A program made the translations under genes and the position numbers. From Candidatus Eiseniibacteriota bacterium (lineage in GTDB: Bacteria > Eisenbacteria > RBG-16-71-46): a stretch of 64,000 bases of DNA. How positions within the stretch are numbered: the first letter of the stretch is position 1; each line of letters begins with the position of its first letter. The notes under the pieces were generated by a model. That model was not told the DNA's origin, did no database searches, and saw nothing but the letters and a program-made list of their open reading frames with translations. This document shows, one piece after another, positions 59,717 through 64,000 of the stretch. The DNA lies in the NCBI GenBank assembly GCA_963717505.1, contig OY970342.1:256001-320000 (forward strand), in the 5' to 3' direction.

Positions 59717-59821
59717 CAGACTAACAGCGGCCCGAGCGCCTGCCCGGCGAAGTTGCCGGCTACCAGCCGCTGGTCGCACGCCTCGGAAGGCCTCGAGCGG
59801 GTGCTTCGGTAGCGTTCAGAA

Positions 59822-62590
59822 TCACGGCACGAACGCGACACGCGCGGTCGCAGACTCGGCGCCCTGCGACACGCGCAGCCAGTAGATTCCCGGGCGCTCC
59901 GGGCGGTCGCGCAGCGTCACCACGTGACTCCCGGCGCCGAGTGAGCCGACGTTTTCGGTGGCGATCCGCCGCCCGGTGACGTCGTAGAGCGAGATCGTCG
60001 CCTGCCCATCGCCCGGAAGCGTGAACGAGACTCGGATCTCTTCTCGCGCTGGGTTCGGCAGAACCATGTGGATCGTGATCCCGTTGGCGGCGGCCGACGT
60101 CCCGCCTCCCACCGCCGGACCGCTCACCCGCACTGTCATGCCTTCCGACGGCACGCCCTGGTCGTCGACCACGAACAGCATGTAGTGGCCCGGCAGGCAG
60201 CGGGCGGAGTCGACCGGCACGGCGACGTTGAGCCCGCCCGGCACCAGGGTGAACTCGACCGGCACGATGCGTTGGTTGGCGTCCCACGCGTGGGTCACTG
60301 AGCCGTGGCGCATGAGGCGAACCGCGGTGATGTTGGCGGGATCGTGGACTTGGACGTGGAACGTCTCGCCAAACCTTACTGCTGCCGGCGCCGCGTGGAT
60401 CATGGGTCGCGTCCCGCGAAACAGGTAAGGCGGCGAGAACAACTCGGCATCGCGACGGTTCAGGTGGCCGCGCGGCGACGGCGCGCCGCCGCCGGCGCTC
60501 ATCACGCGCCCGTCGGGAAGCAGCAGCGCAAGCGAATGGTAGAGCCGGGGCACGGTCATCGATGAGAGGGTCGTCCAGCTCCCGGTCGCGGGGTTCAGCA
60601 GCTCGGCGGCGAGCACGGCGCCGACCGGGTTGTTGCTTCCGAGACCGCTGGTGCCGCCGGTCGCGAGCACAGTGCCGTCGGGCAGAAGCGTCGTGTTTAG
60701 GTGCCGGCGCGGATAGGCCATGGGCGCACCGGCGATCCACTGCAGAGCGGGATCGTCGAGATCGATCCCCTCGGTGGATGCGGTCGGCGTGATGGTCGGC
60801 GGAACGGCGGTGTCGTAGGAGCTGCCACCGATCACCAGGATCTTCCCGTGCTCGAACATCACGGACGAGCCGTACTCGCGATACCCGAAGCTCGTGGCCG
60901 TTGGGTTCGTCCACGCGCCGGTGCCGCGAGGATCGAGGTACCACGATTCCCCCTGCCAGCCGGCACAGAAGACGCTGTCCTCCCCGATCACATACATCCA
61001 CGGGTAATAGCGCCAGAGCAGCGGTTCACCGAGCCGCGCGTCGGTCAGATCGCGCCAGGCGTGCGCTCGCACGTCCCAGACCTGCGGCAAGTCGTTCATG
61101 AGGGTCTGTGAGATCGACCCCGCGGTCACCAATAGATCGCCGTTCGGCAGGACGGTGTTGGTCGGATACCAGCGGCCGCCGTTCATGTCGGGCAGGTGTT
61201 CCCACGTGTTGGTCACCGGATCGTAGAACGCGGCGTTCGGCAGGCCCTCGGCCTCGGCGATGTGCCCGCCAGTGACGAACACGCGGCCGTCGGCGGCCAG
61301 CGTGTGGCCCGAACAGAAGAGATCGAAGCCGGCCTGGGCGATGCCGTGGACCATGCCGCCCATCGGATCCCAGCGGACCGGATGGTCGCCGCCGTTGCCG
61401 CCGATGTGCTGTTCCTCGCCCGGCCACATCATGACTTCGCCGCTCGGCAGCAGCGTTGCGTGGATCGCGACGATGGGCAGGCACACGGGATCGCTCCAGT
61501 GGCCGAGCGCCCGCGCCTGCTCGTCGTCGACGATCGTCACCAACGCTTCCGCCGGTCCGGCGATCGCAACCGGGCCGCCCACATCGAGCAACTGGACGCT
61601 GAACGCGTCGTCGCCTTCGGTGACGGCGTCGTCGTGGATCGGAATCGGTACGACCTTGGCGGTCTCTCCGGGACCGAATGCGATGAGCGTCGAGGTTGTG
61701 TCGTAGTCGGCCAGAGTCGCGGACCCGGGCGTGGTTCTGACGCGCACCTGAACCGAGCTCTGCAGACCGCCGACGCGATCAATCCGGACCCCCGCGGCGC
61801 CGTCGGTCTCGACCGGCGAGTACTTGGCCGCGGAGAAGCTCAGCACGCTGGTCAGCGAATCGACGAACTGAACCCGCACGTTGTCGAGATCGTGAAGTGC
61901 CGTCTGGCCGCCCGAGCGTGCCATGAAGTGGACGCGCGACTCGTAGGGCGCGAGCCCGGGAACGGCGAAGCGATCGACCACGGTGATCGGCGGTCCGCTG
62001 CATGGCGTCAGGATCACCGTGACGTCGGGCGGGTTGTGCGCCGGCCGGGCAATCACGCGCGCGTGGTTGAAGTAGCCATTCGCGAGGTCGATCTCATGCG
62101 ACAGGTCGAACTCCGCGAGCTTGGTGGTGTTCCAGTGAACCGAGACGTGGTCGGCGCTGATTTCCCCCGCGCCCTGATTGATGTCGAAGCCGATGCCCAG
62201 CGAGGCGTCGAGGTCGGCCTCCTCGGACTCGCCGCCGATCGCGCCGGTAGTGTCGAACAGTGCCGTGCTCGCCAAGGTGAAGCCAAAGCCGTCGGCGCGG
62301 CTGACCGCCGACTGCGGCGTCATGCGGAAGTCGAAGTCGGCGACGATGACGTCGTGCGCCCCGGGGTCACTCAAATCGAACGCGATCGAGTTGACGTTGG
62401 CGAGCGTGGTGTCGGCGAGGCGCAGGAAGTTGCCGCTCGGCCCGGCGAGGCACCCCGGCGCGGGCGGAACGCCGAACGATCCAAACGTGAAGGGCGTTCC
62501 AGGCGTGTCGCAGTCGTGCACGGTGGCCGCGCCGGCGGGCGATCGCCACGCCAGAGCGATGAGTGCGGCCAGGATCAACCGGTGACGCAT
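59822..62590 (-). CDS. Exported galactose-oxidase-like copper radical oxidase (L-type lectin, Calx-beta, Kelch, DUF1929 and CTD domains)
   Basis: DLFCSG, GRWYP, PRLYHS and SVTH copper/cofactor motifs; ADGFGF lectin motif; FGPGETAK...DDAVTEGDD Calx-beta. Confidence 0.87.
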   Translation of the reverse strand: MRHRLILAALIALAWRSPAGAATVHDCDTPGTPFTFGSFGVPPAPGCLAGPSGNFLRLADTTLANVNSIAFDLSDPGAHDVIVADFDFRMTPQSAVSRADGFGFTLASTALFDTTGAIGGESEEADLDASLGIGFDINQGAGEISADHVSVHWNTTKLAEFDLSHEIDLANGYFNHARVIARPAHNPPDVTVILTPCSGPPITVVDRFAVPGLAPYESRVHFMARSGGQTALHDLDNVRVQFVDSLTSVLSFSAAKYSPVETDGAAGVRIDRVGGLQSSVQVRVRTTPGSATLADYDTTSTLIAFGPGETAKVVPIPIHDDAVTEGDDAFSVQLLDVGGPVAIAGPAEALVTIVDDEQARALGHWSDPVCLPIVAIHATLLPSGEVMMWPGEEQHIGGNGGDHPVRWDPMGGMVHGIAQAGFDLFCSGHTLAADGRVFVTGGHIAEAEGLPNAAFYDPVTNTWEHLPDMNGGRWYPTNTVLPNGDLLVTAGSISQTLMNDLPQVWDVRAHAWRDLTDARLGEPLLWRYYPWMYVIGEDSVFCAGWQGESWYLDPRGTGAWTNPTATSFGYREYGSSVMFEHGKILVIGGSSYDTAVPPTITPTASTEGIDLDDPALQWIAGAPMAYPRRHLNTTLLPDGTVLATGGTSGLGSNNPVGAVLAAELLNPATGSWTTLSSMTVPRLYHSLALLLPDGRVMSAGGGAPSPRGHLNRRDAELFSPPYLFRGTRPMIHAAPAAVRFGETFHVQVHDPANITAVRLMRHGSVTHAWDANQRIVPVEFTLVPGGLNVAVPVDSARCLPGHYMLFVVDDQGVPSEGMTVRVSGPAVGGGTSAAANGITIHMVLPNPAREEIRVSFTLPGDGQATISLYDVTGRRIATENVGSLGAGSHVVTLRDRPERPGIYWLRVSQGAESATARVAFVP

Positions 62591-62642
62591 TCGGCACTTC
62601 CCTGTGTCGGCCTTCGAACTGCGAGAATCCGAAGCTCGGCCG

Positions 62643-64000
62643 CTAGACTCCGAACTTCTCCGGCTCCCACTCGAGCCCGAGGTCGCCGGGCGGCCCCATG
62701 TAGCCGAGCAGTGCGCTTGCCGCCACCACCGCCGGGCTCGCCAGGTAGCCTTCCCCACCCACACCCATGCGGTTCGTCCAGTTTCGGTTGAACGACGTGA
62801 TCGCGCGCTGTCCCGCGGTCAGGGCATCCGGGCCCTGGCCGAAGCACGGCCCGCACCACGACTCTCGGATCTCGCCGCCGACCGAGCGGAAGACGTCAGC
62901 GATCGAAGCACCGCCCAGACGAGGATCGGCGCTTTCGATCTGGCGCTTCACGCCGCCCGATCCCGGGAAAATGATGAACGGCTTGGCGACCTCGCCGCGC
63001 CGCGCGGCGTGGATCACCAGTGCCGCCGACAGCAAGTCGTCGTAGCCGCCGTTGGTGCAGGAGCCAATCATGGCTTTGTCGAAGGTGAGTCGCTCCTTGG
63101 CGATCTCCTCGGCCGGGAACGCGTTCCCCGGGCTGAACGGCCGGGCGATCATCGGCACGACCTCGGGCAGATCGAGCGCCTCGTCGATCTCGTAGCGGGC
63201 GTTTGCGCCGGGCGCGATCCGCGGGTAGGGCAGCTCGTTCATGCCCTTCTTGCGATACCACTCATAGGTGATGTCGTCGGCCGCGAAGATGCCGTTCATC
63301 GCCTCGCCTTCGGCCATCATGTTGCAGATGGTGTTGCGGAAGGCGACCGGAAGTTGTTTGCCGGCGTCGATGAATTCGACCGACATGCCCTGCGATTGCT
63401 TGGCGCCCCAGCGCTTGAGCAACGCGAGCACGATGTCCTTGCCTGTGACCCACGGCTGGAGCTTGCCGGCGAACACCACGCGCCGCTGCTTGGGCACCGT
63501 GAAGTAGATGTAGCCGGTCGACCAGCCGAAGCCGAGCGTGGTCGAGCCGACCCCGATGCCGATCGCACCGTAGGCGCCGTAGGCGCGGCTGTGCGAATCG
63601 GCCCCGGGGATGAACTGCCCCGGCATCACCAGGCCCTGCTCGGGAAAATAGAAGTGGAAGATGCCGTCGCCCGGTGTGGCGTAGTAGGGCTTCTCGATTC
63701 CGTGGTGCTTCGCGAACGCGCGGCCGATCGCGGTCTGGCGATCGTCGTCGGCCTTGCCGGTGAACACGAAGTGATCGTTGGCGACCGCGATCTGGCGCGG
63801 GAAGATGGCGTCGCCGCCCGTGATCTGGTTGAACGTGTGGATCGAGAACGGTGCGGTGCCGTCAGAAGCCGGAAGTAAGTCTGCAAATACCCGCAGCGTC
63901 GCCCCCGGCTCGACCCGCGCGTCCTTGTCGACTCGATGCGCCCACACGATCTGCTCGGTTGTGGTCAGGTTGCGCGCGACGTCGGCGCCGGCCCAGACGA
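62643..64000 (-). CDS. Aconitase / 3-isopropylmalate dehydratase large-subunit family protein (5' partial)
   Basis: NDH, GADSHS, IGSCTNG, CGPCFG, TSFNRN and LASPAVVAASA motifs; frame stays open to the window edge. Confidence 0.88.
   Translation of the reverse strand, partial: VWAGADVARNLTTTEQIVWAHRVDKDARVEPGATLRVFADLLPASDGTAPFSIHTFNQITGGDAIFPRQIAVANDHFVFTGKADDDRQTAIGRAFAKHHGIEKPYYATPGDGIFHFYFPEQGLVMPGQFIPGADSHSRAYGAYGAIGIGVGSTTLGFGWSTGYIYFTVPKQRRVVFAGKLQPWVTGKDIVLALLKRWGAKQSQGMSVEFIDAGKQLPVAFRNTICNMMAEGEAMNGIFAADDITYEWYRKKGMNELPYPRIAPGANARYEIDEALDLPEVVPMIARPFSPGNAFPAEEIAKERLTFDKAMIGSCTNGGYDDLLSAALVIHAARRGEVAKPFIIFPGSGGVKRQIESADPRLGGASIADVFRSVGGEIRESWCGPCFGQGPDALTAGQRAITSFNRNWTNRMGVGGEGYLASPAVVAASALLGYMGPPGDLGLEWEPEKFGV

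Noticed and set aside
55319-59819. 8-bp inverted repeat CTGAACGC/GCGTTCAG flanking the lower-GC island, and an attC-like GACTAAC after 59716
   Set aside because: Too short to be significant. No target-site duplication, matching attC arm, transposase or integrase.

Overview
High-GC (about 67-70% by eye) Gram-negative bacterial chromosome segment with about 47 CDS. I found no rRNA, tRNA, CRISPR array or transposase. Many exported proteins end in an FlgD-Ig / T9SS type-A-like C-terminal sorting domain ('PNP...YDxxGRRV...GxYxxRL'), which points to an FCB-group lineage such as Candidatus Eisenbacteria (inference). These exported proteins include four PQQ-type sugar dehydrogenases, a galactose-oxidase-like enzyme, a diheme beta-propeller protein, and BNR, FG-GAP and other repeat proteins. 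Housekeeping and transport genes include a partial PolX, DUF190-crcB, a HlyD/ABC exporter, MATE, PruA, DAACS, an MFS transporter and a partial aconitase/LeuC-family gene. Top finding: a gene the ORF track misses (48185..48889). It reads signal peptide, two in-frame UGA codons in a U-S-G-U (CxxC-like) motif, a SECIS-like hairpin, then an outer-membrane beta-barrel, and it sits directly upstream of a YHS-TlpA thioredoxin. This is a candidate di-selenocysteine outer-membrane redox module. Other highlights: a truncated-globin-like lipoprotein with no histidine, a hidden frameshifted DUF4258-like toxin with its zinc-finger antitoxin, an orphan tailspike-like gene, a DUF3300/DUF2950 deletion fusion, minimal C-terminal sorting signals, and a promoter-proximal terminator ahead of an IPTL-CTERM-like gene. 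About ten single-indel frameshifts suggest long-read assembly errors. All family calls come from motif recognition by eye; no database search was run.
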